From Gemmatimonadota bacterium (lineage in GTDB: Bacteria; Gemmatimonadota; Gemmatimonadetes; Gemmatimonadales; GWC2-71-9): a stretch of DNA of 64,000 bases. The position numbers and the translations under genes are program-made. The stretch covers positions 9,499 to 73,498 of the forward strand of contig JBDHKN010000023.1 of assembly GCA_039586365.1 (NCBI GenBank), read 5' to 3'. The notes below the pieces were generated by a model. The model worked only from the letters and a program-made list of their open reading frames with translations, searched no databases and had not been told where the DNA came from. Each line of letters opens with the position of its first letter. Within the stretch, counting starts at the first letter, position 1. Positions 36,828-47,075 of the stretch are shown piece by piece.

Positions 36828-38639
36828 ATGGCCACTTCTGTAGCAGGGCACGTGCCCGCAGTCACATCTGCCAAGAGGTCCGGCGTTTGGAGTTGGATCA
36901 CTACCACTGATCACAAACGGATAGGCATTCTCTACGGAGTCACCGCTTTCATCTTCTTCTTGATGGGCGGTGTCGAGGCCCTGATCATCCGCGCGCAGCT
37001 TGCGGCGCCGAACAACACGCTGGTGGACGCCGAGACCTACAATCAGCTATTCACGATGCACGGCACCACGATGGTCTTCTTGGCGATCATGCCACTCAGC
37101 GCCGCTTTCTTCAACTACATGATCCCGCTACAGATCGGCGCGCGGGATGTCGCTTTCCCACGGCTCAATGCGTTCAGTTACTGGGTGTTTCTGTTCGGCG
37201 GGTTGTTCTTGAGCTCGAGTTTTCTGTTCGGCGCGGCGCCCAATGGCGGCTGGTTCGGCTACGCCAACCTCACTTCCCGGGCCTACTCGCCTGGCCTCAA
37301 CATCGACTTCTGGGTGCTGGGTCTACAGGTGCTGGGCATCGCGTCAATCGCTGCCGGAATCAACTTCATCGTCACGATAGTGAATCTCCGGGCACCGGGT
37401 ATGACCCTGATGCGGATGCCGGTGTTTACGTGGATGTCACTGGTCACGCAGTTCATAGTGGTGACGGCTTTCCCGGTGATCACGGTTGCACTGATCTTTC
37501 TGATGTTCGATCGGTTCTTCGGGACGAACTTCTACAATGTGGCAGCTGGAGGTGACTTGCTGTTGTGGCAGCACCTTTTCTGGTTGTTTGGTCATCCCGA
37601 AGTGTACATCCTGATCCTGCCGACGATGGGCATGGTCTCGGAGGTACTCCCAACATTCTCACGCAAACCGCTCTTCGGCTACGCCGTCGTCGTCTACTCG
37701 GGCGTGTTGATTGGAGTGATGGGTTGGGGAGTGTGGAGCCACCACATGTTCGCGACAGGCCTCGGCCCGGTGGCGGATTCAGTCTTCAGCGCGACTACGA
37801 TGCTCATCGCAATTCCCACCGGTGTGAAGATCTTCAACTGGATCGCCACGATGTGGGGAGGCAGGCTCGAGCTCAAGACACCGATGCTGTTTGCGATCGG
37901 CTTTATCGCGATGTTCATAATCGGCGGTCTGTCTGGCGTCATGCACTCATCGCCACCCAGCGACTTGCAACAAACCGACACGTACTTCGTGGTAGCACAT
38001 ATCCATTACGTGTTGGTAGGTGGTGCAATCATGGGGATCATGTCCGGCATCTACTATTGGTGGCCGAAGATGTTCGGCAAGGTGCTAAACGAGGGCATGG
38101 GCAAAGCGCATTGGCTGTTCATGGTAATCGGCATCAACCTCTCGTTCTTCCCCATGCACTTCATTGGCCTCTTGGGCATGCCGCGCCGGATCTACACGTA
38201 CGACACCCAACTCGGGCTCGATACTATGAACCTGGTGTCGACGATCGGCGCGTTCATTCTCGGTGGGTCGTTCTTGATCTTCCTCTACAACGTTTGGTGG
38301 ACGCGGAAAAACGGGCTGCAGGCAGGCAATGATCCCTGGGGTGGTGCCACACTTGAGTGGGCTGTGTCGTCTCCGCCCCCGGAGTACAACTTTTCCGTGA
38401 CACCCCGGGTCAGCAGTCGGCTGCCTCTCTGGACAGCGAACGGGCTGAATGAGATTCCGGAGGTACCTCCTGAGCCAGTTCACGTTCCGGGCGGGACGTA
38501 CTGGCCGATCCTCACGGCCGCTGGCATCCTGGCTTTGGCTGTGGGCGCGATCATGCACAGCCTCTGGATTGTGCTGGGTGGTGCGGGATTCATGGTGCTC
38601 TGCGTCTACCGGTGGGCATTCGAGCCCTTTGAGGTCTGA
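36828..38639 (+). CDS. coxA: Cytochrome c oxidase subunit I (A1 type)
   Basis: DHKRIG, TMHG, WLFGHPEVY, WSHH, VAHIHY, GMPRR. Confidence 0.97.
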   Translation: MATSVAGHVPAVTSAKRSGVWSWITTTDHKRIGILYGVTAFIFFLMGGVEALIIRAQLAAPNNTLVDAETYNQLFTMHGTTMVFLAIMPLSAAFFNYMIPLQIGARDVAFPRLNAFSYWVFLFGGLFLSSSFLFGAAPNGGWFGYANLTSRAYSPGLNIDFWVLGLQVLGIASIAAGINFIVTIVNLRAPGMTLMRMPVFTWMSLVTQFIVVTAFPVITVALIFLMFDRFFGTNFYNVAAGGDLLLWQHLFWLFGHPEVYILILPTMGMVSEVLPTFSRKPLFGYAVVVYSGVLIGVMGWGVWSHHMFATGLGPVADSVFSATTMLIAIPTGVKIFNWIATMWGGRLELKTPMLFAIGFIAMFIIGGLSGVMHSSPPSDLQQTDTYFVVAHIHYVLVGGAIMGIMSGIYYWWPKMFGKVLNEGMGKAHWLFMVIGINLSFFPMHFIGLLGMPRRIYTYDTQLGLDTMNLVSTIGAFILGGSFLIFLYNVWWTRKNGLQAGNDPWGGATLEWAVSSPPPEYNFSVTPRVSSRLPLWTANGLNEIPEVPPEPVHVPGGTYWPILTAAGILALAVGAIMHSLWIVLGGAGFMVLCVYRWAFEPFEV

Positions 38640-38641
38640 CA

Positions 38642-39235
38642 ATGACGCACGCTGTCACCACTCATCACACCAGTACCGGACTCGACAACAAGAAGCTCGC
38701 CTTCTGGTTGTTCATCGGATCCGAGTGTCTGCTGTTTGGGAGCCTGATTGCGACTTATCTGGTGTACGAAGGCAGGAGCATCAGCGGGCCTACCACCCAC
38801 GAGATCCTGAACATTCCGATCACTTCGATCAGTACGTTCGATTTGCTGATGTCGAGCCTCGCTATGGTGTTGGCTCTCGCAGCGGTGACGCGCGGCGACA
38901 AGGTGTGGTCTCGTGTCTGGCTGGCCACCACTGCGGTGTTGGGAGTGATCTTCCTGGGTTTCCAGGCATACGAGTTCGTAACCTTCGTGCATGAAGGCCT
39001 CACTCTGCAGGTCAATCTGTTCGGGTCTACATTCTTCACGCTCACCGGATTCCACGGTGGCCACGTGCTTGTCGGGGTGATCTGGTTGCTTACCCTGCTC
39101 GTACGATCGTTTCAAGGGAAGTTGGGGCCGGACAAAGCACTCAATGTGGAGATCGCCGGACTCTATTGGCACTTCGTTGATGTGGTGTGGATCGTCATCT
39201 TCACAGTCGTGTACCTGATTCAAACCAGCGCGTGA
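38642..39235 (+). CDS. coxC: Cytochrome c oxidase subunit III
   Basis: FIGSECLLF, LTGFHGGHV, GLYWHFVDVVW. Confidence 0.93.
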   Translation: MTHAVTTHHTSTGLDNKKLAFWLFIGSECLLFGSLIATYLVYEGRSISGPTTHEILNIPITSISTFDLLMSSLAMVLALAAVTRGDKVWSRVWLATTAVLGVIFLGFQAYEFVTFVHEGLTLQVNLFGSTFFTLTGFHGGHVLVGVIWLLTLLVRSFQGKLGPDKALNVEIAGLYWHFVDVVWIVIFTVVYLIQTSA

Positions 39236-39242
39236 ACCTGCC

Positions 39243-39548
39243 ATGACCGAATACTCTGGGTCGACCCGCCAGCACGCTCATCCGACGACAGGCACCTACC
39301 TGGCGGTTGCGGCTGTTCTCACCGTCATCACGCTTGTCGAGGTGGGGATATTCTATGTCCCAGCTTTCAAGGCGATTCTAGCTCCGGTCTTGATCACATT
39401 GTCGGCAGCCAAGTTCGCGCTGGTGGTGATGTTCTACATGCACCTGAGGCATGACCACCCGCTCTTCAGGGGGGTTTTCGTACTCCCGCTCGCGATTGCA
39501 TTGGCAGTGGTGGTAGCGTTGTTGTTCTTATTTGGTGTGTTTGCCTGA
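39243..39548 (+). CDS. Cytochrome c oxidase subunit IV (prokaryotic)
   Basis: LTVITLVEV, KFALVVMFYMHL; three TM helices; last gene of the operon. Confidence 0.85.
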   Translation: MTEYSGSTRQHAHPTTGTYLAVAAVLTVITLVEVGIFYVPAFKAILAPVLITLSAAKFALVVMFYMHLRHDHPLFRGVFVLPLAIALAVVVALLFLFGVFA

Positions 39549-39568
39549 CCGCACCCGTGGCGGTGGCC

Positions 39569-39843
39569 GCTTCGCCCTGCCACCCTTCACCCTTCGCTCC
39601 GGCTGTACCACACGGCCCACTGTCGTGCCCCAGTCGGTAACCGCTCCACCCACTGCTCTTCCCGGAAGGTAGCCCTACCACACCCGGCTCACAGCCAGAC
39701 GATGGGACACGGTGGGGATGCCCATAGCGTCATCGTCCCTTACCGTCCGGTGGGGTGGTGTGACCGGCGGTGCTACTGTCCCTTACCGCCTGGTGAGGCG
39801 AGTGGGTAGAGGGTTGCTACCGTCTGGTGTTGGGTGGCGAAGC
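39569..39843. other. Long imperfect nested inverted repeat (rod-like fold) between convergent genes
   Basis: At least four nested complementary blocks seen by eye, e.g. gcttcgcc/ggcgaagc, ccacccact/agtgggtag, ccggctcaca/tgtgaccgg, gacgatg/catcgtc. Confidence 0.5.
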
Positions 39844-39845
39844 TG

Positions 39846-41429
39846 TTACGTACCGGCGGCTATCCTGATGTACACTAGACGGGACTGCTCGCCATCTGAC
39901 GCCGGGACCGTCACTCGGAGGGGTACGACCTGTCCCGGACGCACTCCACGTAGTGCTTGAGACAAGTCGTCTCTGGTGCGAACGCGCTGGTCGTTGACCT
40001 CTGTGATAATCTCGAAGAATCCCCGCTCAGGGATGCTAGCGTTCAACTTGTCGCGGGCCGGTCCATCTCGGTCGACGTCGACCACTGCGAGTCCGGTCAC
40101 TCCGGAGCCAAACCCGTACCTGGCCGCGGCGTCGCGACCGAAGGGCTCCAGAGCCACTCCCAGCCGAGGCTCGAGCTTTCCGGCCTCCTCAATATCCTCC
40201 GGCCGGGCGCGCGCTACGGTCTGTTCGGCTTCGGTATCGGCTTCGCGCAGTCTCACCGCGTACGTGTGACGTTCACCGCCCTTGCGCAGGATGGTGACGT
40301 CTACGGTTTCGCCCGGACGCTTGAAGCCCACTAGCTGCTGCAATTGAGCGGTGTACAGGACTTTCTCACCGTCTACCTCTACGATAACGTCGCCTGGTTT
40401 GAGACCGGCTCTTGCCGCAGGGCTGTTGTCGTTAGAGAAGCCTTGGACCTGGACTCCCCGGATCTCAGCGAGCCCCACATACTCAGCGACTTCCGGATCG
40501 ACATCGCTTATCGAAACGCCGAGTTGAGCTCGAGTGACCTTGCCGGAGGAAATCAGTTGGTCCGCAACGTTGCGGACCAAGTTGATGGGGATGGCAAATC
40601 CGTAGCCGGCGTAGACCCCGGTCTCGCTGGCTATTGCCGAGTTAACACCGATGACCTCGCCTGCGATGTTAACCAGCGGGCCACCCGAATTCCCACGATT
40701 TATGGCGGCATCCGTCTGGATGAAGTCGTGGATCGACCACTCTGCTCCCTGTTGCGGCCGCAGCCCCCCGAGACGACGGCCTCGGCCGCTCACTATCCCC
40801 GCCGTGACAGTAAAGGAGAATTCCTGCCCCAGTGGGTTCCCCACGGCCATGACCCATTCGCCCACGCGGACCGCGTCCGAATTGCCCATCGCTACCGCAG
40901 GCACGTCGTCCGCATCGACCTTGATGACAGCTACGTCAGTGAGGGGATCGTAGCCCACCACGCGGGCCTCGAACTGACGCTGATCGAACAATGTGACGTC
41001 AACTCTGTCGGCACCCTGAACCACATGGCTATTCGTGATGATGTAGCCGTCGTTCGATATGACGAACCCGCTGCCCGATCCCTGGCGGACCCGAGGACCC
41101 TCTTCAGGCATCTGGAAGAACCGCTCCATGCCCGGGGGGATACGCATGTCAGAGCGGGCGTTCTCCTGGCGCTCTTCCACTCTGATGAATACGACGGCGG
41201 AGCGCACCGCTTCGGCAACGGCCGTGAAGGCATTACCCAAATCGGCTAGCGGCTGCGCCTCCGGAACCACGGGTTTCTGGGGTAGCGGCAGACTCGCTAG
41301 ACTCACGCCGGGAACCGGCTGCGCCTGTGAATCCTTTGGTAGATCAAGGATGGAGGTGAAGCCGACAGCCAATACAGCGGCTGTGCCAATTAACAATCCG
41401 AACTTGATCCAATCTCTGGTACGCCTCAT
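39846..41429 (-). CDS. degP: Do/DegP/HtrA-family serine protease with two PDZ domains
   Basis: GSGSGF, TNSHVV, DVAVIK, IQTDAAINRGNSGGPL, two PDZ-like domains. Confidence 0.9.
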   Translation of the reverse strand: MRRTRDWIKFGLLIGTAAVLAVGFTSILDLPKDSQAQPVPGVSLASLPLPQKPVVPEAQPLADLGNAFTAVAEAVRSAVVFIRVEERQENARSDMRIPPGMERFFQMPEEGPRVRQGSGSGFVISNDGYIITNSHVVQGADRVDVTLFDQRQFEARVVGYDPLTDVAVIKVDADDVPAVAMGNSDAVRVGEWVMAVGNPLGQEFSFTVTAGIVSGRGRRLGGLRPQQGAEWSIHDFIQTDAAINRGNSGGPLVNIAGEVIGVNSAIASETGVYAGYGFAIPINLVRNVADQLISSGKVTRAQLGVSISDVDPEVAEYVGLAEIRGVQVQGFSNDNSPAARAGLKPGDVIVEVDGEKVLYTAQLQQLVGFKRPGETVDVTILRKGGERHTYAVRLREADTEAEQTVARARPEDIEEAGKLEPRLGVALEPFGRDAAARYGFGSGVTGLAVVDVDRDGPARDKLNASIPERGFFEIITEVNDQRVRTRDDLSQALRGVRPGQVVPLRVTVPASDGEQSRLVYIRIAAGT

Positions 41430-41556
41430 GGTCAACAACTCGCTCAACAAGGTTAAGAATCCGAAGCCTTCGATACTGCCTATCTAGTCTCTAACCCCGA
41501 ACAGGGAGGTGAGTTTCGTTATTCTTCCCTGTTCGGTCTTTCTCGTGAGTCAATAA

Positions 41557-43467
41557 TTACGACTTGGAGTCGTCTACGATCTCGTAGTCGGCCTCCACGA
41601 CTTCCTCCTCCTTCGACTCGGTTGCACCTTCCGGGGCAGCCTCGTCCCGCTCAGCCGATTGGGCCTGCGCCTCCTGATATAGCGAAGCTCCAGCTGCCGA
41701 GTAGGCTTGGCTCAGTTCTTCGAGCGCCTGCTTGATTTCCTCAGAGGCTCCCGAACGCAAGGACTTCTTGGCTGATTCAACTGCGTCCTCCAGTCGCTTC
41801 TTGTGGGTGTCGTCTAGACGATCTGCCCACTCCTTACTGTTCTTCTCCACTTCGTAGACGAGGGAGTCCAAGCGGTTCCGTTGCTCGACCTGTTCCCGCC
41901 TCCCCTTGTCCTCTGTGGCATGGTGCTCCGCATCCTTCACCATCCGGTCGATTTCAGAGTCGGAGAGACCGCTGGATGCTTCGATCCGGATCTTCTGCTC
42001 CTTACCCGTAGCTTTGTCCTTGGCGGACACGTGAAGGATACCGTTCGCGTCAATGTCGAATGTCACTTCGATCTGTGGCATTCCGCGCGGCGCCGGTGGG
42101 ATACCAGTGAGCTGAAACCTTCCGATCGTACGGTTGTCGATCGCCATCTCTCGTTCGCCTTGCAATACGTGGATCTCAACCGTCGTCTGGTTGTCTTCCG
42201 CGGTGGAGAAGACTTCGGCTTTCTTGGTCGGTATGGTGGTGTTGCGCTGAATGAGTACTGTGGTCACACCTCCCAATGTCTCAATGCCGAGCGACAGGGG
42301 GGTCACATCCAGCAACAGCACGTCCTTCACCTCCCCGGCCAACACTCCGCCCTGAATTGCCGCACCGATGCCGACGACCTCATCGGGGTTAACACTCCTG
42401 TTGGGTTCCTTCCCAAAGAACTCCTTCACGACATCTTGAACCTTCGGGATCCGTGTCGAACCACCGACCAGGATCACCTCATCGACGTCCGACGGTTTCA
42501 GATTGGCGTCGGCAAGGGCCTTCTCCATCGGTGGCACCACCCGTTGGATCAGGTCGTCGACCAACTGCTCGAATTTGGCCCGGGTCAAGGTGCAGTTCAG
42601 GTGCTTGGGACCGGACTGATCCGCAGTAATAAACGGCAGATTGATCTCGGTCTGCGCCACCGTGGAGAGCTCCATCTTGGCCTTCTCAGCCGCCTCCTTG
42701 AGGCGCTGCACCGCCATGGCATCCCTCGAGAGGTCGATGCCTTGATCCCTCTTGAACTCGGCTTCGAGCCATTCTATGACGCGCTGATCGAAGTCGTCAC
42801 CACCCAGGTGCGTATCACCGTTGGTAGACTTGACTTCGAACACACCCTCGGCCAACTCCAGGATCGAGATGTCGTAGGTTCCCCCGCCTAGGTCGAAGAC
42901 GGCGACCTTCTCTTCCTCCTTCCGATCCAACCCGTACGCCAGAGACGCAGCGGTGGGCTCATTGATGATGCGGAGGACTTCGAGTCCGGCGATCTTGCCC
43001 GCGTCCTTAGTCGCCTGTCGCTGGGCATCGTTGAAGTAAGCCGGGACTGTGACTACTGCCTTTTGAACCGAGTGTCCTAAGTAGTCCTCGGCCGTCTGGC
43101 GCATCTTCTGAAGCACCATGGCCGATATCTCAGGCGGGGTGTACTTCTTTCCCTGAATCTCCACGGACGCGAGGTTGTTCTGGCCCTTAACCACCTTGTA
43201 CGGCACCAACTCGATCTCGTGACTCACCTCTTCCATCCGGCGGCCCATGAACCGCTTGATAGAGAACACCGTGTTCACCGGGTTGGTGACCGCTTGCCGC
43301 TTCGCGACCTGACCAACAAGGCGGTCTCCGTCCTTGGTGAACGCGACAACCGACGGCGTCGTACGTCCGCCTTCAGAATTGGGGATAACGACCGGATCGC
43401 CACCCTCCATGACAGCAACCACCGAGTTAGTGGTGCCCAAGTCGATCCCGATTACTTTCTCCGCCAT
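41557..43467 (-). CDS. dnaK: Molecular chaperone DnaK (Hsp70)
   Basis: [44 protein letters not shown] before ATG 43467. Confidence 0.98.
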   Translation of the reverse strand: MAEKVIGIDLGTTNSVVAVMEGGDPVVIPNSEGGRTTPSVVAFTKDGDRLVGQVAKRQAVTNPVNTVFSIKRFMGRRMEEVSHEIELVPYKVVKGQNNLASVEIQGKKYTPPEISAMVLQKMRQTAEDYLGHSVQKAVVTVPAYFNDAQRQATKDAGKIAGLEVLRIINEPTAASLAYGLDRKEEEKVAVFDLGGGTYDISILELAEGVFEVKSTNGDTHLGGDDFDQRVIEWLEAEFKRDQGIDLSRDAMAVQRLKEAAEKAKMELSTVAQTEINLPFITADQSGPKHLNCTLTRAKFEQLVDDLIQRVVPPMEKALADANLKPSDVDEVILVGGSTRIPKVQDVVKEFFGKEPNRSVNPDEVVGIGAAIQGGVLAGEVKDVLLLDVTPLSLGIETLGGVTTVLIQRNTTIPTKKAEVFSTAEDNQTTVEIHVLQGEREMAIDNRTIGRFQLTGIPPAPRGMPQIEVTFDIDANGILHVSAKDKATGKEQKIRIEASSGLSDSEIDRMVKDAEHHATEDKGRREQVEQRNRLDSLVYEVEKNSKEWADRLDDTHKKRLEDAVESAKKSLRSGASEEIKQALEELSQAYSAAGASLYQEAQAQSAERDEAAPEGATESKEEEVVEADYEIVDDSKS

Positions 43468-43522
43468 TCTCAACTCCTCTGCAATGAACCTAGATGCACG
43501 CGTTTCCCGTAGGGTCGCGAAG

Positions 43523-43564
43523 AGCAAGGGCCATACCACGGATGTCTGCCAACTTGGCAGACAT
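43523..43564 (-). promoter_or_regulatory. Sigma-54-type promoter of dnaK with an abutting perfect palindrome
   Basis: Minus strand TGGTAT-GGCCC-TTGCT (43523-43538); ATGTCTGCCAA-C-TTGGCAGACAT (43542-43564). Confidence 0.65.
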
Positions 43565-43605
43565 ACTGGGTGTCGTCTTTCGGGCCCTGTCGCGTATTTC
43601 GCTAA

Positions 43606-43635
43606 TTGACTTGGACTTAGCTCACCCATTAGGTT
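43606..43635 (+). promoter_or_regulatory. Sigma-70 promoter of the rhomboid-eutN-eutN-deoC unit, probably leaderless
   Basis: TTGACT-N18-TAGGTT, 8 nt before ATG 43644, with no RBS. Confidence 0.45.
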
Positions 43636-43643
43636 AGCGACGC

Positions 43644-44423
43644 ATGTTCCCCTACAAGGATGAAAACCCTACCATTCTGACGCCCTACGTCACGCTATGC
43701 ATCATTGGGGTGACGAGCCTGGTGTGGCTGGTCTATCAGGGTGCGGGCGTGGAGCCGGCGCTCTCGAACTCGGTTTGCGATCTGGGTGCCATCCCAGGTC
43801 GGTTGTTCGGCATTCCGGCCCAGCCAATCTCCACGCCCCGCGGACTGGTGAACCTCTGTCCCGATTCTCCAGGCGCCGCCTGGTACACGGTCGTGACCTC
43901 TGTTTTTCTCCACGGTGGTTGGTTTCATCTGATCGGGAACATGTGGTTTCTGTGGGTCTTCGGGAATAACATCGAAGACTCGATGGGGCACGCTCGGTTT
44001 GTCGGTTTCTATTTGCTCTGTGGGATTCTGGCAGCGCTGGCTCAGATTCTCGTCCAGCGCGACTCACCGGTCCCCATGGTGGGAGCTTCAGGCGCCATTA
44101 GCGGAGTGATGGGTGCCTATCTCATACTCTATCCGCGAGTCAGGGTCCACATGTTGGTCTTCCTTTTCTTCTTCGTCACGACCATCACGGTCCCGGCGTA
44201 CCTAATGCTGCTATACTGGGCCTTGCTTCAGGCACTGGGAGGGATGCCAGCTATCGCCGGGGTTGCTCAAGGAGGCGGTGTCGCCTACTTGGCGCACTTG
44301 GGAGGATTTGTGGTGGGGGCTGTGCTCATCAAGCTCTTTGCTCGACCCGAACTACTGGCCGCACACCGTGCCCGCACGACTGTGCAGGTTCACACCCGCC
44401 GTTATCCACCTTGGGCCCACTGA
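43644..44423 (+). CDS. Rhomboid-family intramembrane serine protease
   Basis: [27 protein letters not shown]. Confidence 0.92.
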   Translation: MFPYKDENPTILTPYVTLCIIGVTSLVWLVYQGAGVEPALSNSVCDLGAIPGRLFGIPAQPISTPRGLVNLCPDSPGAAWYTVVTSVFLHGGWFHLIGNMWFLWVFGNNIEDSMGHARFVGFYLLCGILAALAQILVQRDSPVPMVGASGAISGVMGAYLILYPRVRVHMLVFLFFFVTTITVPAYLMLLYWALLQALGGMPAIAGVAQGGGVAYLAHLGGFVVGAVLIKLFARPELLAAHRARTTVQVHTRRYPPWAH

Positions 44424-44425
44424 CT

Positions 44426-44725
44426 ATGTATCTGGCGAGGATTGTCGGGCGAGTGGTTGCCACGGTTAAGCAAGAGTGCTTACAGGGACATACGTTGCAG
44501 TGGATCCAACCTGTCGACGCGCGGGGCGCAGATCGAGGCAAGGCAATCGTGGCTGTCGATCCGGTAGGATTGGGCCCCGGAGAATTCTGCTACTACATCA
44601 CGGCCCGAGAGGCGTCACTCACGCTGTGGGACACCTTTGCCGCGGTGGATGCGGGAATAGTGGGGAAAGTCGACAGGATTGACCTCGGGGAGCAGGGAAC
44701 GGGGAGCGGAGAGCAGGAGAGGTGA
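44426..44725 (+). CDS. EutN/CcmL-family microcompartment vertex (BMC-P) protein
   Basis: MYLARIVGRVVATVK, VAVDPVGLGPGE, VDAGIVGKVD. Confidence 0.9.
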   Translation: MYLARIVGRVVATVKQECLQGHTLQWIQPVDARGADRGKAIVAVDPVGLGPGEFCYYITAREASLTLWDTFAAVDAGIVGKVDRIDLGEQGTGSGEQER

Positions 44726-44841
44726 GGCGGGAAAGGGGAAGTGTGATCGATCGCACGATCAAGGACGCTGGAATACGGTGGGGGCGCGGCCCTGGTGCCG
44801 GGCCACACGGTGGCTTGGCGCGGACAGGGGGCAAGTAGAGC

Positions 44842-45129
44842 GTGTATATCGCTCGCGTCGTGGGAGATGTCGTTTCCACCCACAAGAACGACCGGCTGGA
44901 AGGCAAGAAGCTGTTGCTTGTAAAACGGCTGGATCTTGGAGGCGCACCGGACGGGTCGGTCGAAGTGATTGCTCTGGACGTAGTGGATGCAGGTGTCGGG
45001 GACACGGTGTTGGTGGTGCAAGAAGGAAGCTCGGCTCGCAAGATTTTTGATGATCCCAAGATCCCGGTGCAGGCCGTGATAGTAGGCATCGTTGAGAGTG
45101 TAACTCTAAAGGGCGGTAAAGGGCGGTAA
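44842..45129 (+). CDS. EutN/CcmL-family microcompartment vertex (BMC-P) protein, second copy
   Basis: MYIARVVGDVVSTHK, KLLLV, ALDVVDAGVGDTVLV, GSSAR, AVIVGIVE. Confidence 0.93.
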   Translation: MYIARVVGDVVSTHKNDRLEGKKLLLVKRLDLGGAPDGSVEVIALDVVDAGVGDTVLVVQEGSSARKIFDDPKIPVQAVIVGIVESVTLKGGKGR

Positions 45130-45166
45130 AGGGCGGTAAAGGGCGGTAAAGGGCGGCAAAGGGCGG
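45111..45166 (+). repeat. Tandem decamer GGGCGGTAAA array
   Basis: Four perfect copies, one with a mismatch, and one partial; supplies the TAA stop of the second eutN-like gene. Confidence 0.9.
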
Positions 45167-45236
45167 GAGAGGCAAGCCGGCAGAGGTTCGGCGCTGGCAG
45201 TTCCAGCAAGCACTTGTCAAGCATGCAAGAGAGCCG

Positions 45237-46187
45237 ATGAACAAACAAGAGTTGGAGCAGATCGCGGAGTTGGTGGCTCAGAAGTTGGGAGTTCGAGTAC
45301 CGCCGGTGAGCAGGGAGCGGGGAGCAGGGCTGTCAAGTGTAGGCTCCGTGGTCCACAAGGAGTCTGAAACCAACAACGCAGCTCCTATTGCTCCCACTAC
45401 CGACGTACTAGCGACGGCTCCCGGTCCCCGGCTCCCGGCTCCCACGCACCGTCGAGTCGCCGACTACGTTGACCACACCATTCTCAAAGCCGAAGCCACT
45501 CGGGCCGAGATTGAGCAGCTCTGTGACGAGGCGGCGCAATATCGGTTTGCAGCGGTGTGTGTGAACGGTGGCTGGGTGGAGCTTTGCGCTCGGAGACTGC
45601 AGGAAACCGCTGTGCAGGTGGCCACTGTCGTGGGATTTCCATTGGGAGCAACCACTTCGCACTCCAAGGCGGCCGAGGCGCGAGAGTTGGTGGAACTCGG
45701 GGCTTGTGAACTCGACATGGTAGCGCCCGTCGGGCATATCCTCGACGAGGGTTGGGACTATGTTGAGGACGACATTGGGGCGGTGGTCGCGGCAGCAATG
45801 GGGCGGACAGTTAAGGTGATTCTCGAGACCGCCGCACTTGAGCCGATGCAGATAGTCAAAGCCTCGGCAATCGCCATGGAGGCGGGTGCCCATTTTGTGA
45901 AGACATCCACCGGCTTTCACCCCAGTGGTGGAGCTACGGCTGAAGCAGTTGCGCTGATGCGCTTGGCAGTCGGTGACAAGCTGGGTGTCAAAGCGTCCGG
46001 TGGGGTCCGCGACTGCACCACTGCGTTGCGGATGATCGCGGCCGGAGCCACACGCATCGGGACTTCTAGTGGTGTCAAGTTGGTCGAGTGTATTGGAGCC
46101 GGACCGGCACCGTTGGCTCACCTGCTGGCCGATCCGGACGGGCACGAGCAGGTATGCCGTCTGGGGACTTGTTCAGTGGATTACTAA
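45237..46187 (+). CDS. deoC: Deoxyribose-phosphate aldolase with N-terminal encapsulation-peptide-like helix and linker
   Basis: DHTILK, VVGFPLG, KVILET, VKTSTGF, GVKASGG, RIGTSSG, C-terminal Tyr; extra N-terminus MNKQELEQIAELVAQKLG. Confidence 0.95.
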   Translation: MNKQELEQIAELVAQKLGVRVPPVSRERGAGLSSVGSVVHKESETNNAAPIAPTTDVLATAPGPRLPAPTHRRVADYVDHTILKAEATRAEIEQLCDEAAQYRFAAVCVNGGWVELCARRLQETAVQVATVVGFPLGATTSHSKAAEARELVELGACELDMVAPVGHILDEGWDYVEDDIGAVVAAAMGRTVKVILETAALEPMQIVKASAIAMEAGAHFVKTSTGFHPSGGATAEAVALMRLAVGDKLGVKASGGVRDCTTALRMIAAGATRIGTSSGVKLVECIGAGPAPLAHLLADPDGHEQVCRLGTCSVDY

Positions 46188-46316
46188 AGCGAGCGTCCCA
46201 GCGGTTCGTGGCGGACTGCTCGGTCGCATGCCAGCTGTGTGGACGCGGCCACTCAGCCAGGAGACTCCTTAGTCTAGCCCGGATCGCGACGAGCGGTCAC
46301 GGTCGCCCAGGCAGGG

Positions 46317-46700
46317 TCGGAAGTTGAACTCAACGCTGAACCTCAAGAGCCCCTACTCCGCAGTTTCGAAGCTGTCCCGGCTCGACGTCGTAGTGCACAA
46401 GCGGTTTGGAGTGACCCTCGAGGTGATATGTGGCACCAGCTATGAGCCGCTTGCTTTCTGCGCCATCACCGTTGGGTTTTCGTCGAAGAAATCGTAGCGA
46501 GCAATCAGGCTCAGGTGCGGATGCTCGAGCCGCAACTCGCTGAACAAAGAGAAGTCGTCTTGTGGGAGCGCGTCACCATCGCTGTCCACGACGGTACGCT
46601 TGAAGTTGCCCTTGACCCAGCAGCCATGTCCGGTGAGCACCAGGTGTTCGCTCTCCCACGAGGTAAAAAGCAGGTTCACCGTCCAGTCCGGTGTGTCGAT
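46317..46700 (-). pseudogene. Decayed C-terminal part of an outer-membrane beta-barrel (porin-like) gene
   Basis: Manual translation: ...FSLFSELRL..LSLIARYDFFDENP / KRLIAGATYHL..HSKPLVHYD / ...LLRFSVEFNF, with frameshifts, an internal TAG and a terminal-Phe signature. Confidence 0.55.
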
Positions 46701-46748
46701 CTGATTGGAAAACGACGAATGTCCCGAGCATTAGGCGCGTCGAGAATC

Positions 46749-47023
46749 TCACCGGCCAACTTCTCGCTGAGCCTCGGCCCGGAATCGATACCCGAAGCCG
46801 CGGACCGTCTCAAGCAAGTCGGCTGCCTTTCCCAACTTGTTGCGGAGGCGCTGAACGTGCATGTCCACGGTTCGTGTCTGGATATCGGGAGCGCGTCCCA
46901 CACTTGCTCGGGCAGCTGTGATCGCGATTGGACTCGCCCCCGGCGTTCGGCAAGGATAACCAGCAGCTTGTATTCGGTGGCCGTGAGGTCGAGATCTTCT
47001 CCGTCCACCGAAACTCGATGCGT
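46749..47023 (-). pseudogene. Frameshifted OmpR/PhoB winged-helix response-regulator remnant
   Basis: HRVSVDGEDLDLTATEYKLL..LAERRGRVQSRSQL..VW, frameshift near 46890, then DIQTRTVDMHVQRLRNKLG...ETVRGFGYRF; no receiver domain. Confidence 0.85.
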
Positions 47024-47075
47024 GCCACGAGGCCAGCGCATCGCCGGGAGCGTCGCTGGCTGCTTTCGCGCGCAG

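Noticed and set aside
41881..42891. Long antisense ORFs (opposite dnaK, also 13245, 15538, 33035, 40344, 51510)
   Set aside because: Shadow ORFs expected opposite conserved genes in GC-rich DNA; no RBS or recognisable motifs.
45111..45166. Tandem arrays (also 54068, 55058, 61676, 62062) as CRISPR repeats
   Set aside because: Units are 7-10 bp and contiguous, with no unique spacers and no cas genes.
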